From the IMG/VR virus record IMGVR_UViG_3300001460_000019, positions 1 through 64,000 of that record: DNA of 64,000 bases; one strand, 5' to 3'. The position numbers were made by a program, and so were the translations under genes. Shown here piece by piece: positions 50,157 to 60,135 of the stretch. How positions within the stretch are numbered: the stretch's first letter is position 1; the number at the start of each line of letters is the position of its first letter. This DNA comes from an uncultured virus (IMG/VR IMGVR_UViG_3300001460_000019). Its lineage: Duplodnaviria > Heunggongvirae > Uroviricota > Caudoviricetes. The notes under the pieces were generated by a model. The model worked only from the letters and a program-made list of their open reading frames with translations. It was not told the origin of the DNA and did not search any database.

Positions 50157-50895
50157 TTAATTCTTTCATTAACATATCAAAACTTTCACAAAGTAATTCA
50201 TTGTGATGATGATTTGGATTTCCATGTACAATCATATGTATTCTATCTTGTGAGCTATTATTTTTTACAGCATGTAGTCTACCAATATCAATAGCTCTAA
50301 CGTCGCCTGGTTGCCACGGCACTAATCCTGCTTCTTCCATTGCAAAATCTACTCCTGGAGGATTTGTAACAGCAAAATTATATGCGGCAAGTCTTCTTGT
50401 ATTGTAATCTTGATGTGGTTTAATATATCCGTCTGGCTTTAGTAACATAAATCTTACTCTATGAAATCTATGATAGTGCCAATTTGTTTTTAACCAATCG
50501 ACAGTTGCAGGACATTTATCTGCTATTGAAGTCCAATCATACGGAGGACAATTTTCTAAAGTAAACTCTCCTTGCTCGATATAATATTCTTTTGGTTGTG
50601 TATGCGTAGAACTTTGTCCATGAAGTGTAATACTTTCCCATCCCGGGTGTGTGTTGCCTCTATGTTTAACAGAGTCAACAATAACTTCATTGGCTTCTTT
50701 AGCCATTTCTTCTAAATGCGGAACAGCTATATTCATTTTAAGGGTCGGAGCATTACTATTTTGCTCGATCCATTTAGCATACTTCCATGTTAGTTTTTCA
50801 TCACCTTGCCAGTTATTAAACTCGTCTGGTTTAGTTTTGATGTGTTGATAATGAGAATGCTGTTTGCAATCTTTTATAAAATCTTCAATGTTCAT
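50131..50895 (-). CDS. Asp/Asn beta-hydroxylase-like oxygenase
   Basis: RVRFMLLKPDGYIKPHQD...HAV.N.S..DRIHMIVHG. Confidence 0.85.
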   Translation of the reverse strand: MNIEDFIKDCKQHSHYQHIKTKPDEFNNWQGDEKLTWKYAKWIEQNSNAPTLKMNIAVPHLEEMAKEANEVIVDSVKHRGNTHPGWESITLHGQSSTHTQPKEYYIEQGEFTLENCPPYDWTSIADKCPATVDWLKTNWHYHRFHRVRFMLLKPDGYIKPHQDYNTRRLAAYNFAVTNPPGVDFAMEEAGLVPWQPGDVRAIDIGRLHAVKNNSSQDRIHMIVHGNPNHHHNELLCESFDMLMKELNADNTMEL

Positions 50896-50903
50896 GCTAA
50901 TAT

Positions 50904-52841
50904 TTATTTGTACCAGTTTACAAATTTATTTAATCTATTTTCATATTTTTTAGAAAAGTTAATTGACTCTTCTAATGATGTAACTGTTTTACCTTTTTGA
51001 ATCCAAAATTTATTAGGTGCGCCTGTTTGTAAATTTAAAAGTAGCTTTCTATATAAATGTTCTCTTAATCTAAAATTATAAACCCATGCTGTGTTATAGT
51101 AACTGTACACATTTGAAAAAAATAGTAAAACTCTATCTTTTGATTTAGTTCTGTTTAATAATCTTCTTGATATTCTTTCTACATCAAAAAAATCTTCATG
51201 CAACCAATTAATTTCTAACTGAGGTAAAATATTCTTAACATAATTTAATAAACCATCTCCCGCAAATGAGTTTATAAGCTCTTGCATTTTATCTATATTG
51301 TCTTGTGATTGAAATATATCTACATCTGCTACTTGCCAACGTTCATCATCAGGTGCATAATCTAACATTGACTGCTTAAGATATTTGGTTATATTTGTAA
51401 TATCAACTTTGTCAGATACTACATCATCAAATAGATCCTTAGAGTATTTTAATGCAAGGTGGCTAGTATCAACTACAAGTATTTGACCTCCTGGTTTTAA
51501 ATTTGATCTCCATGCACGAGTAATTGGAGTCAACCCACCGGCCGTACAAACTATTGAATCAAAGTCTCCTGCATGTTTTGAAATTGGCTTAGGGTCTTCA
51601 GTGTTAGCAATAAAATGAATATTTGTCTGTGTCATTCTATGTATAGATGATGTTATGTCATCATTGTTAAATAGATTCTCTCTTGATATATTGTTTTTTA
51701 ATTTATGTGGCCATTCTTTTGATAAATTCTCAATGTTTGGCTTACCTTGTTCATTCCACCATTCTAAGTTAATTAAAAATACATCATCATGTTGCCCAAC
51801 AAAAGAAATACTATTATCAAAGAAGTTTTTTAATTCTGTAAAGAACTCTTGTCCTTTATATTTAAATGTATTCCCAATTGGTGCAACAAGTAAATATTTA
51901 AATTTATTTTCTATTGCCCAATCAAATAAGTCTCGAATTTTTTTTCTTATAGCAACAATTTCTTCATCAAGGCTAGGAGAGTAATCATTGCATATCTCTA
52001 CTATCCAATGCTCCATAATATTTTTAGAAAATTGTAAAAGTATATCATCTTTAACGTCATCACTACAGTCATGAACTCCAAAAGCTATTCCGTTAGATTT
52101 TAACCATTCGTATGAATATCCTAAGGTGTCTCCCCATTTTGTATTAAGTTTAAAATGTGATTGTTTATCTGATATAACATCTGGATAGAAATATCTTTTT
52201 GATATTCTAAGATTTTTATTAAAACTGTTTATAGTGTATTCTGAGTCTAATGCTTTTGATATAATATTCCAACCAAATTTTAAATTTTTATGTTGTTCAG
52301 TACCATTATCTTTTTTAATCCAAAGGGGAGTGTAATCATCATGATGATTTTCTATACTTCTAATTACTTTAGGCAATTCTTTTTGTTCAGCAGTTTTATT
52401 TCCTATGTCTGGACAGCCTTGTTCTTTCCACCATTTTATATTTACAATAAAAGTTTGATGATGTAACTGATAGAACATATCTTTTTTATCTAATATATGT
52501 CCTAGTATTGCTATTTTACTAGTATCAATACTTTCAAAATACTTTTGCAACTCTAAAAAGAAATGTTTATCATTGTCTTGGAATGTAATACCTAATGCAC
52601 CTACAACAATAAAGTTTAAGTCATTGTTTACTGCCCATGATAATAATTTGTTTGCATCTTTGTTTCTTTCTATTAAGGGTGTATGGAGTGTATTATTAAA
52701 CCCGTTTATCCAAAAGTCTAAACAGTTGTCGCTAGAATTTTTTAATGTCTCATCTTTAATATTATCACTAATATCAAATATACCTATGCCAATCTTGTTT
52801 TCTTGCAACCACTTTGCACTACTATCAAATATATTGGTCAT
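50904..52841 (-). CDS. large hypothetical enzyme with duplicated N-terminal domain
   Basis: two similar segments (WLQENKIGIGIFDISDNIKD / WLKSNGIAFGVHDCSDDVKD). Confidence 0.6.
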   Translation of the reverse strand: MTNIFDSSAKWLQENKIGIGIFDISDNIKDETLKNSSDNCLDFWINGFNNTLHTPLIERNKDANKLLSWAVNNDLNFIVVGALGITFQDNDKHFFLELQKYFESIDTSKIAILGHILDKKDMFYQLHHQTFIVNIKWWKEQGCPDIGNKTAEQKELPKVIRSIENHHDDYTPLWIKKDNGTEQHKNLKFGWNIISKALDSEYTINSFNKNLRISKRYFYPDVISDKQSHFKLNTKWGDTLGYSYEWLKSNGIAFGVHDCSDDVKDDILLQFSKNIMEHWIVEICNDYSPSLDEEIVAIRKKIRDLFDWAIENKFKYLLVAPIGNTFKYKGQEFFTELKNFFDNSISFVGQHDDVFLINLEWWNEQGKPNIENLSKEWPHKLKNNISRENLFNNDDITSSIHRMTQTNIHFIANTEDPKPISKHAGDFDSIVCTAGGLTPITRAWRSNLKPGGQILVVDTSHLALKYSKDLFDDVVSDKVDITNITKYLKQSMLDYAPDDERWQVADVDIFQSQDNIDKMQELINSFAGDGLLNYVKNILPQLEINWLHEDFFDVERISRRLLNRTKSKDRVLLFFSNVYSYYNTAWVYNFRLREHLYRKLLLNLQTGAPNKFWIQKGKTVTSLEESINFSKKYENRLNKFVNWYK

Positions 52842-53389
52842 TGTATTGGATCCATATGTAACTCATTAATATTAATGTTTATAGGAGCATCAATAATCCA
52901 TTTAATATATTCTGCCGCTTGAGTAACATTCATTAATTTTCTATCAGGATGTTTTTCATGTACTTTTTTAGTTTCAAGTGAACCAAATGAAATATAACTA
53001 ACTCTAATACCACTGCCACCCCATATGCCTAACATAGCATACTGATGACTCATACTTTTTAATGCTTTCTTTTCTTGAGGATAAATCCACTCAGCACCTT
53101 TAGTTGAACGATCAACTGTTGATCCAATATTGATAATGTGTCCTTGCTTGTTATTTTCTTTCCACGTTTTCCAAACTGTTTCTAAAACTAATGACTGATT
53201 AAATTGATATAATGCACTACCATTAATAAAAACATCATATCCTAAGCTGTCGTATGCAAGTCTAATGCGACTATCTTTATTACATAAGTCATAATTGTTT
53301 GTTCTACTTGCAAAGTCAGTGTTTGGACAAACTATTGAGAACTTTTCTGCTAACCCGTAGTTAGCATTTCCAGTCATTAATATTTTCAT
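52838..53389 (-). CDS. short-chain dehydrogenase/reductase
   Basis: TGNANYGL, INIGST, YPQEK. Confidence 0.75.
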   Translation of the reverse strand: MKILMTGNANYGLAEKFSIVCPNTDFASRTNNYDLCNKDSRIRLAYDSLGYDVFINGSALYQFNQSLVLETVWKTWKENNKQGHIINIGSTVDRSTKGAEWIYPQEKKALKSMSHQYAMLGIWGGSGIRVSYISFGSLETKKVHEKHPDRKLMNVTQAAEYIKWIIDAPINININELHMDPIQ

Positions 53390-54765
53390 TTAATTTCTTT
53401 CATAGTCTTAATAAGTTCTTTCCAGTACTCGGCATGACTATGATCTAATAACTTCTGTCTATTGTGTAATAACTTTGGCCATACACGTTTATACAAGCCG
53501 TGTAATTCTTCTTGTGGCATTGCAGAAACTCTAATAATGTTTTGCATAACGTTGTAAAAACGTTGAGGATGGTCTTGTATCTCATCATAGTGTTCATCAA
53601 ATATTTCTGGAAATGTTTCATATCCATTTTCTTTTAGGTATGCAAGTAATCCCGGATGACCTAATAATATAAAAGGTTGTAAGTTCATTATTGGTTTATA
53701 AATCTTTTCTGTAACAAAGAAGCTTGGCTCTGCAGGCCAAGTTTCAGTAGTAACATTAAAGTAAGTATCGAGATAGTGCTGAGCTGTCATGCCTCTGTTA
53801 TGCCAAGCATCTTGTGTAGCATCAACATCTAAATTCATTTCTTTAATTTTGTAATTTCTGTGGAAGTCAATCATATCCATTAAACGTTGATCACCTTGTC
53901 CTTTTACAACAGGCTGGAAGCAAAATTGATCTGGCTCATACGGAATATCAAACTTATTAAGGTAACTTACTATACTGTCTTTAAACAAATCATTACGAGC
54001 AAACTCTGTCATTAAAAATTTACGATGAGGTCTTCCTCCGCCGTTCAAACATAAAAACTTCTTAGGTCTTATTCTATCTCTAGTTTCTTCAGTAGCTGGT
54101 ACTAATTCTTTTGCTTCGTCTGGTTTACCTATAACTTGACTTTTAATATAATCTGAAAACTCCCAAGCAAAATGATCAAATGTAAAAACATTCTGTAAGT
54201 AATACTCATAAAAAGGACCTTGTCCAGAGTTTATGTATTTGCCATAATTCTGATCAAATTTTTGATCTCCAAATATTAATATGAAATTTTCTTTTGGTAT
54301 CTTTAACCATCCTAAACTTCTTTCAATAATATTAATCCAATTAACTTGATTTACTGGGAAAGCTTCGTAGGCATAATATAATACAAGTTTTACAGCACCA
54401 CGTCTAATCATATCAAGTGTGTATTCGTTGATATTACCAAACATATTTTCTGTTAGTAATGATATGTCCATATGGTTTGGTTCCATTACATACCAATCTA
54501 ACGTTCCTACTTCTTCAGCAATATCTTCTGGTGGTATGTTATGAACATGCACTCCTGCTTGAGCAGAGAGTAATGGAAAAAATCCCTTGTTGTATCTTTC
54601 TAGTGGTATAAATCTAGTAAGTACGTTGATATCATAACGATGCTTCCATTTTGTGTCCCATTCTTTGATATATTTTGGATGTAGACCATTAGGCATTGGA
54701 GTTCCATTGTCACTCCAGTTGTCCCAAACTAATCTTATTTTTATATTTTCATCAGAACCTAGCAT
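53386..54765 (-). CDS. glycosyltransferase-like protein (GT10/exostosin-like C-terminus)
   Basis: FLCLN...RPHR, YFNVTTET, FVTEKIYKPI...PFILLG. Confidence 0.6.
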   Translation of the reverse strand: MLGSDENIKIRLVWDNWSDNGTPMPNGLHPKYIKEWDTKWKHRYDINVLTRFIPLERYNKGFFPLLSAQAGVHVHNIPPEDIAEEVGTLDWYVMEPNHMDISLLTENMFGNINEYTLDMIRRGAVKLVLYYAYEAFPVNQVNWINIIERSLGWLKIPKENFILIFGDQKFDQNYGKYINSGQGPFYEYYLQNVFTFDHFAWEFSDYIKSQVIGKPDEAKELVPATEETRDRIRPKKFLCLNGGGRPHRKFLMTEFARNDLFKDSIVSYLNKFDIPYEPDQFCFQPVVKGQGDQRLMDMIDFHRNYKIKEMNLDVDATQDAWHNRGMTAQHYLDTYFNVTTETWPAEPSFFVTEKIYKPIMNLQPFILLGHPGLLAYLKENGYETFPEIFDEHYDEIQDHPQRFYNVMQNIIRVSAMPQEELHGLYKRVWPKLLHNRQKLLDHSHAEYWKELIKTMKEIK

Positions 54766-54934
54766 TTTTTACCTTATTTTATATATTTATACCATTAAAA
54801 CTAGTTATATTATAATTTAATATGACCAAGAAAGCAAGTAAATAATCATGAAGAGGAAGAACGCGAGCCTCTTCTAAACAACAACGAAGCAATCTTTATA
54901 GGTTGCTAATATATCGATATAGGAGCAATTAACA

Positions 54935-55867
54935 ATGGCAAGTTATGCAATTCAAAGACGTAGAGGTACTGCGGCAGAGCATGGTTCGTTTACAGGTTTA
55001 GCAGGAGAATTAACTGTTAACACTACAAGAAATACGATCCACGTACATGATGGTTCTACAGCAGGTGGTCACGAGCTATCTACAATAGAACTTGATAACT
55101 TAGGTACAACGGCTATCAATGCACACTTATTAGTGGCAACTGATAACACAGTAGACTTAGGTTCTGGATCTGCAGGTTTAAGAAATGTATTCATTTCAGG
55201 AAACTTAACAGTATCAGGTACAACTACTACAATATCATCTACTAACACAGTAGTAAACGATTCGTTGATCGTATTAAACAACGGTACAACAGGTAACAAC
55301 GCAAAAGACGTTGGTCACATCATCGAAAGAGGTGACTTGACTAATGTTGGTATGATTTGGGACGAATCAGAAGATCAGTTTTCTTTTGTAAACACAACAG
55401 AAGACGGTACAACATCAGGTAACGTAACTATTGCCTCATACGCAAACATCAGAGCCGACGTTGCAACATTAACAGCAACAACGGCAAGATATGCGGATTT
55501 GGCTGAGAGATACGAAGCAGATGCACAATACGACGCAGGTACAGTAATGGTATTTGGTGGTGACAAAGAAGTTTCAATGTCAGCAACAGAATACGATCAC
55601 AGAGTAGCAGGCGTTATTTCTTCAGCACCAGGTTACATGATGAACTCAGAAGCAGGCGATGACGCAACTCATCCATACGTAGCACTTACAGGTAGAGTGC
55701 CATGTAAAGTAACAGGTTCGATCAAAAAAGGTGACTTACTAACTTCATCAGCAATGGCGGGACACGCTATGGCGGGCGAAGGTAAAGCAGGTCATATGAT
55801 TGGTAAAGCAATGGAAGATTTTGACGGCGAAACAGGTGTTATTGAAGTATTAGTGAACTTAATGTAG
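54935..55867 (+). CDS. tail fibre protein with Mtd-like N-terminus and C-terminal chaperone-like domain
   Basis: QRRRGT.AE...FTG..GELTV....HDGST.GG; YADLAE.Y...VAL.GRVPCKV.G. Confidence 0.8.
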   Translation: MASYAIQRRRGTAAEHGSFTGLAGELTVNTTRNTIHVHDGSTAGGHELSTIELDNLGTTAINAHLLVATDNTVDLGSGSAGLRNVFISGNLTVSGTTTTISSTNTVVNDSLIVLNNGTTGNNAKDVGHIIERGDLTNVGMIWDESEDQFSFVNTTEDGTTSGNVTIASYANIRADVATLTATTARYADLAERYEADAQYDAGTVMVFGGDKEVSMSATEYDHRVAGVISSAPGYMMNSEAGDDATHPYVALTGRVPCKVTGSIKKGDLLTSSAMAGHAMAGEGKAGHMIGKAMEDFDGETGVIEVLVNLM

Positions 55868-55884
55868 TAGAGGAGATATAAATT

Positions 55885-56160
55885 ATGGCAAACATGAGAT
55901 ATTTTAACCTTAAAACATTAGCGAATGTAAAGGTAAGAAACTTAGACGTTAATTCAAACGTTAGAAGAGTTTTTGATCCTATGCACACTGATTTAAATAA
56001 TTACGGTTTAGTAACTGAAGCAGATTCACTTTTCCCACAGCACAACTTAGGTGCAGGTGAGGCAGGTATGGGCTTTCTTCATAACTTTATGGATTACGGA
56101 TCAGTAGCTGACGCAGTTGTTTCAAGTGGTGGTAATTACGACTACGGAACAATAGCTTAA
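55885..56160 (+). CDS. small virion-associated protein
   Basis: AGGAG RBS; repeated (D/N)YG motifs. Confidence 0.65.
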   Translation: MANMRYFNLKTLANVKVRNLDVNSNVRRVFDPMHTDLNNYGLVTEADSLFPQHNLGAGEAGMGFLHNFMDYGSVADAVVSSGGNYDYGTIA

Positions 56161-56181
56161 GACTTTTAAATAACGAAGTTT

Positions 56182-56213
56182 AAAAAGGGCTGTGGCAACA
56201 TGGCCCTTTTTTT
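56182..56213 (+). terminator. intrinsic terminator
   Basis: AAAAAGGGCTGT-GGCA-ACATGGCCCTTTTTTT. Confidence 0.8.
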
Positions 56214-56397
56214 ATGGCTTGAACACCAATTAGAATTTCTATTATGTTATAATAGTATTTAATATACGCATTTTAATTGTTGTTCTATATAATAAATATA
56301 ACTAACCACTCCGAACGAAAGTGGATTATATAACAATGAGGCAGACCCTCCCAAATACGTTAAAATATAATATAGCTTATTAAAGGGAGAATTTATA

Positions 56398-59300
56398 ATG
56401 GCTAACATTAAAAACTTCGGTTTAGCTGGTATTGGCTCAGACGTACAATTTGGTAAATCAGGTGGTAGATTGGTATACGATTCATCATCAGCATTTTTCA
56501 AATTTACAACTGACGGCAGTACATTAACACAAATCAGAGCGGCTTCTCCATCAAACGCAACTGACGTAGCAACAAAATCTTATGTTGATGCTACTAAATC
56601 AGGCCTTGATGTAAAAGACTCTGTACGTGCGGCTACAACTGGCAACATAACTATCGCAACTGGCTTAAATGTAGGTGACGCAATCGACGGCGTAACACTT
56701 GCAGACGGTGATAGAGTACTAGTTAAGAACCAAACTACTGGTTCTGAAAACGGTATCTACACAGCAGGTGCATCTCCGGCAAGAGCAACTGATTTCGATG
56801 AGAACTCAGAAGTAACTGCTGGTGCTTTCTTCTTCGTAGAAGAAGGTTCAACTAACGCTGACTCTGGTTTCGTTATCTCAACAGATGATGATATCACAGT
56901 TGGTTCAACATCAATTGCGTTTACTCAGTTCTCAGGTACAGGTCAAATTGTAGCTGGTAACGGTTTAGACAAAACTGGTAACACACTGAGCGCCAATGTA
57001 GATGATTCATCACTTGAAATCAACTCAGACGCACTTAGAATTAAATCAACGTATGCAGGTCAAACATCACTTACAACTTTAGGTACTATTTCAACTGGTA
57101 CTTGGAATGCAACTGATATTGGCGTAGCACACGGTGGTACAGGCGCTTCATCAGCCGCTGATGCTAGAACTAACTTAGGTTTAGCAATCGGTTCTGACGT
57201 ACAGGCGTTTGACGCACAATTGGCTGACATTGCTGGCTTAACTCCAACAGACGGAAACATCATCATTGGTGATGGTTCAAACTTTGTATTAGAGTCAGGC
57301 GCAACAGCAAGAGCATCATTAGGTTTAACTATTGGTACTCACGTACAGGCATTTGATGCACAGTTGGCTTCTATTGCAGGCTTGGCAGACACAGACGGTA
57401 AATTCATCGTAGGTTCAGCTTCAGGTTTCGTAGCAGAAGACGGCAACACAGCAAGAACATCACTAGGCTTAGGCACTGGTGACACACCAACTTTCACAGG
57501 TGCGGCAATGGGTTCAGCGGCTATTACAGGCGTTGCAGATCCATCGAACGCTCAAGATGCGGCTACTAAGGCGTATGTTGATGCCTCAATTGCTTCATCA
57601 AACGAAATCGGTGAATTATCTGACGTAAACATTACATCACCAGCAGACGGTTCTATGTTATTATATGACACAGGCAACTCTGTTTGGATTGATTCAGCTA
57701 TGTCAGGTGACGCTACATTGGCAGACACAGGTGCAATTACACTTGCTAACTCTGATGCAACTAGAACAAACCTAGGTTTGGCTATTGGTACAAATGTTCA
57801 GGCATTTGACGCACAATTGGCTGATATCGCAGGTTTAACTCCAACTGATGGTAACATCATTATTGGTGACGGTTCAAACTTCGTATTAGAATCAGGTGCA
57901 ACAGCAAGAACTTCTTTAGGTTTAGGCACAATTGCAACACAGGCGGCTAATAACGTAGCAGTAACAGGTGGTTCAATCACTGGTGTTACTACTTTCTCAA
58001 CTGGTACATTAGGTTCAACAGCAACTATTGATGGTTCAATGGCTATCACTGGTGACCTAGCAGTAACAGGTGACTTAACTGTTTCAGGTAACTCTATTAC
58101 TTTAGACGTTGGAACAGTTACATCAGAAGACAAATACATGCAAGTAAACAGTGGTGCTACATCACAAGAAACTGGTTTAGCTGGTGGTATCGAGATCAAA
58201 AGATCAAATACTGCTGACACAGACCAATTTGCATTTGTTAACTTTGATGATTCAAATGACTCTTTCACATTCAAAACTGGTTCAGCTAACCAGGCTTCAG
58301 TAGCAGACGCAACTATGCGTTTTGGTACAATTGCCGCTGGTACATGGAACGGTTCTGTAATAGGAAGAACATACGGTGGCTTTGGTACTTCAATCTCAGG
58401 TCACGGTACAAACTCACTTGTTGAAGCAGACGGCGGCGAAATCGGCGTAGGTTCAGCGGGTCAATACTTAAGATCAGACGGAACTAACTTCTCAGCTTCT
58501 GGATTAGCGGCATCAGATTTATCTGGTACTGTTGCGGCGGCAAACGGTGGTTTAGGTACAAACATCTCTTCTTTCTCACAAAGCTCTATCATCACTACAG
58601 ACGGTGACGGTACAGTTTCAGAGTTAGGCAAAGGTGCAAACTCAACTGTTCTTAAAGTAAGTTCAGGTGGTTCTCTAGCATACGCAAAAGTTGATATGAC
58701 AGCAGACATCACAGGAGCAACTCCAGTAGCAAACGGTGGTACAGGTTTAACAGCAGTTGGTACAGTAAACAAATACTTAAGATCAACTGGTTCAGTTAAC
58801 CAATACGACTATGTTACTGCATTAAGAGATGCGGCTGGTACATCAGCAATTGAAGTTTCAGGTACATTAACTGATAACATCAAATTGGTAATGACTAATG
58901 CGGCAGACAAAGTAACATTACAAGCTACAGATCCAGATGACGGTGCGGCAAACATCGACCTAGTTCTTAAAGGACAAGGCGACGGTGTTGTTGTAATTTC
59001 TGAATCTTCAGGTGGTAACTCACTTGTAATGGCTGATGATAACTTAGACTTAACAGTATCAGGTGGTGCGGCTTCAGGCGCGGCGGCTGGTGATGCAGTT
59101 ATCAAAGGTGGTAACGGTACAGGTGCTCACGCATCAGGTGACGTTTTAATTAAAGGTGGTACTGGCGGTGCTTCAGAAGGTAAAGTAAAAGTACTTGACT
59201 CTTCTAACAATGAGATTGCTATTTTCGAAAGAACAGCTTCGGCTATCAACGAAATTTCAATCACTAACGCGGCGGCTTCAGGTGCTCCTTCAATTGCATC

Positions 59301-59805
59301 AACTGGTGGCGACACAAACATTTCATTAACACTATCTCCAAAAGGTACTGGTGTAATCACAACTTATGATGGTTACGAAGCAAACGTATCTGGCGATGAC
59401 GATCTTGTTACTAAGAAATGGGTTGAAGACAACGTTGTACAAACTGTTGATGATCTAACTATTAGAACAGCAGTAGGTACTGGCGCTTCTTCAGTAACAA
59501 TTGGAACTATGCCAAACGCAGGTTCAACAACTTACTATGTATCAAAAGTAACTGTTCACGTAGCAACAGGCTTCTCAGGTGATTCAGTGGATCACATCAC
59601 AGTTAGTGATGGTTCATTAGCACTTGTGGCTGACGCAGACGCGGACGTTTCAACTGCTGGTTCATACGTAGTTGACCTTCCGTTTGCAACAGCAACGGCT
59701 GGTGGCGCAACAATTACATTAGCATTTTTAAAATCTAATGCTTCAGCGTCAACACCAACAGGTGGTTCTGCAGTAGTTACAGTTGAATATAAAGCATTAA
59801 CATAA
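56398..59805 (+). CDS. long tail fibre/virion structural protein with internal repeats
   Basis: ATKSYVD...GLDVKDSVRAATT, GDRVLVKNQT..ENGIY, ARTNLGL repeats, GGTG motifs. Confidence 0.85.
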   Translation: MANIKNFGLAGIGSDVQFGKSGGRLVYDSSSAFFKFTTDGSTLTQIRAASPSNATDVATKSYVDATKSGLDVKDSVRAATTGNITIATGLNVGDAIDGVTLADGDRVLVKNQTTGSENGIYTAGASPARATDFDENSEVTAGAFFFVEEGSTNADSGFVISTDDDITVGSTSIAFTQFSGTGQIVAGNGLDKTGNTLSANVDDSSLEINSDALRIKSTYAGQTSLTTLGTISTGTWNATDIGVAHGGTGASSAADARTNLGLAIGSDVQAFDAQLADIAGLTPTDGNIIIGDGSNFVLESGATARASLGLTIGTHVQAFDAQLASIAGLADTDGKFIVGSASGFVAEDGNTARTSLGLGTGDTPTFTGAAMGSAAITGVADPSNAQDAATKAYVDASIASSNEIGELSDVNITSPADGSMLLYDTGNSVWIDSAMSGDATLADTGAITLANSDATRTNLGLAIGTNVQAFDAQLADIAGLTPTDGNIIIGDGSNFVLESGATARTSLGLGTIATQAANNVAVTGGSITGVTTFSTGTLGSTATIDGSMAITGDLAVTGDLTVSGNSITLDVGTVTSEDKYMQVNSGATSQETGLAGGIEIKRSNTADTDQFAFVNFDDSNDSFTFKTGSANQASVADATMRFGTIAAGTWNGSVIGRTYGGFGTSISGHGTNSLVEADGGEIGVGSAGQYLRSDGTNFSASGLAASDLSGTVAAANGGLGTNISSFSQSSIITTDGDGTVSELGKGANSTVLKVSSGGSLAYAKVDMTADITGATPVANGGTGLTAVGTVNKYLRSTGSVNQYDYVTALRDAAGTSAIEVSGTLTDNIKLVMTNAADKVTLQATDPDDGAANIDLVLKGQGDGVVVISESSGGNSLVMADDNLDLTVSGGAASGAAAGDAVIKGGNGTGAHASGDVLIKGGTGGASEGKVKVLDSSNNEIAIFERTASAINEISITNAAASGAPSIASTGGDTNISLTLSPKGTGVITTYDGYEANVSGDDDLVTKKWVEDNVVQTVDDLTIRTAVGTGASSVTIGTMPNAGSTTYYVSKVTVHVATGFSGDSVDHITVSDGSLALVADADADVSTAGSYVVDLPFATATAGGATITLAFLKSNASASTPTGGSAVVTVEYKALT
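57166..57924 (+). repeat. intragenic ~50 aa repeats (copies at ~57166-57327, ~57307-57470, ~57763-57924)
   Basis: VQAFDAQLADIAGLTPTDGNIIIGDGSNFVLESGATAR occurs twice exactly and once diverged. Confidence 0.85.
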
Positions 59806-59860
59806 TAGGTTAGTTTAGGCTAACTTATTAGTTAGACAAACACTATTAATAATACTTTGG

Positions 59861-59891
59861 GCGGGGATTGGAAACAGTCCCCGCTTTTTTT
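59861..59891 (+). terminator. intrinsic terminator
   Basis: GCGGGGATTG-GAAA-CAGTCCCCGC followed by T7. Confidence 0.85.
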
Positions 59892-59926
59892 ATGATAAAT
59901 ACTGTTCGTTTACAAAGGAGTAAATT

Positions 59927-60094
59927 ATGAAAATGTTTGATAAGATCAAAGGTTCAATTAAGACAGCTCAAGACAAGGCTAAAGCTATGGGCAGTTCTGC
60001 TAAAGCATCAATGAATAAAGCTAAAGACGGAACTAAAAACATGGGTTCAAAAGTTAGTTCATCAATAAAAAAATTAAACCCATTTAAAAAATAA
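59927..60094 (+). CDS. small Lys-rich amphipathic protein (55 aa, not in ORF track)
   Basis: AAGGAG RBS, TAAATA upstream; MKMFDKIKGSIKTAQDKAKAMGSS... Confidence 0.7.
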   Translation: MKMFDKIKGSIKTAQDKAKAMGSSAKASMNKAKDGTKNMGSKVSSSIKKLNPFKK

Positions 60095-60135
60095 GTTGCT
60101 GTATAACTACACATAGAAACCTATAAATAATAGTA

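Noticed and set aside
57060..59360. Several minus-strand ORFs inside the long fibre gene (and similar nested ORFs elsewhere)
   Set aside because: Antisense frames kept open by the codon bias of the real gene
54935..59805. Diversity-generating retroelement suggested by the Mtd-like N-terminus and fibre repeats
   Set aside because: No reverse transcriptase in the window; repeat differences are synonymous and not adenine-specific; no TR/VR pair seen
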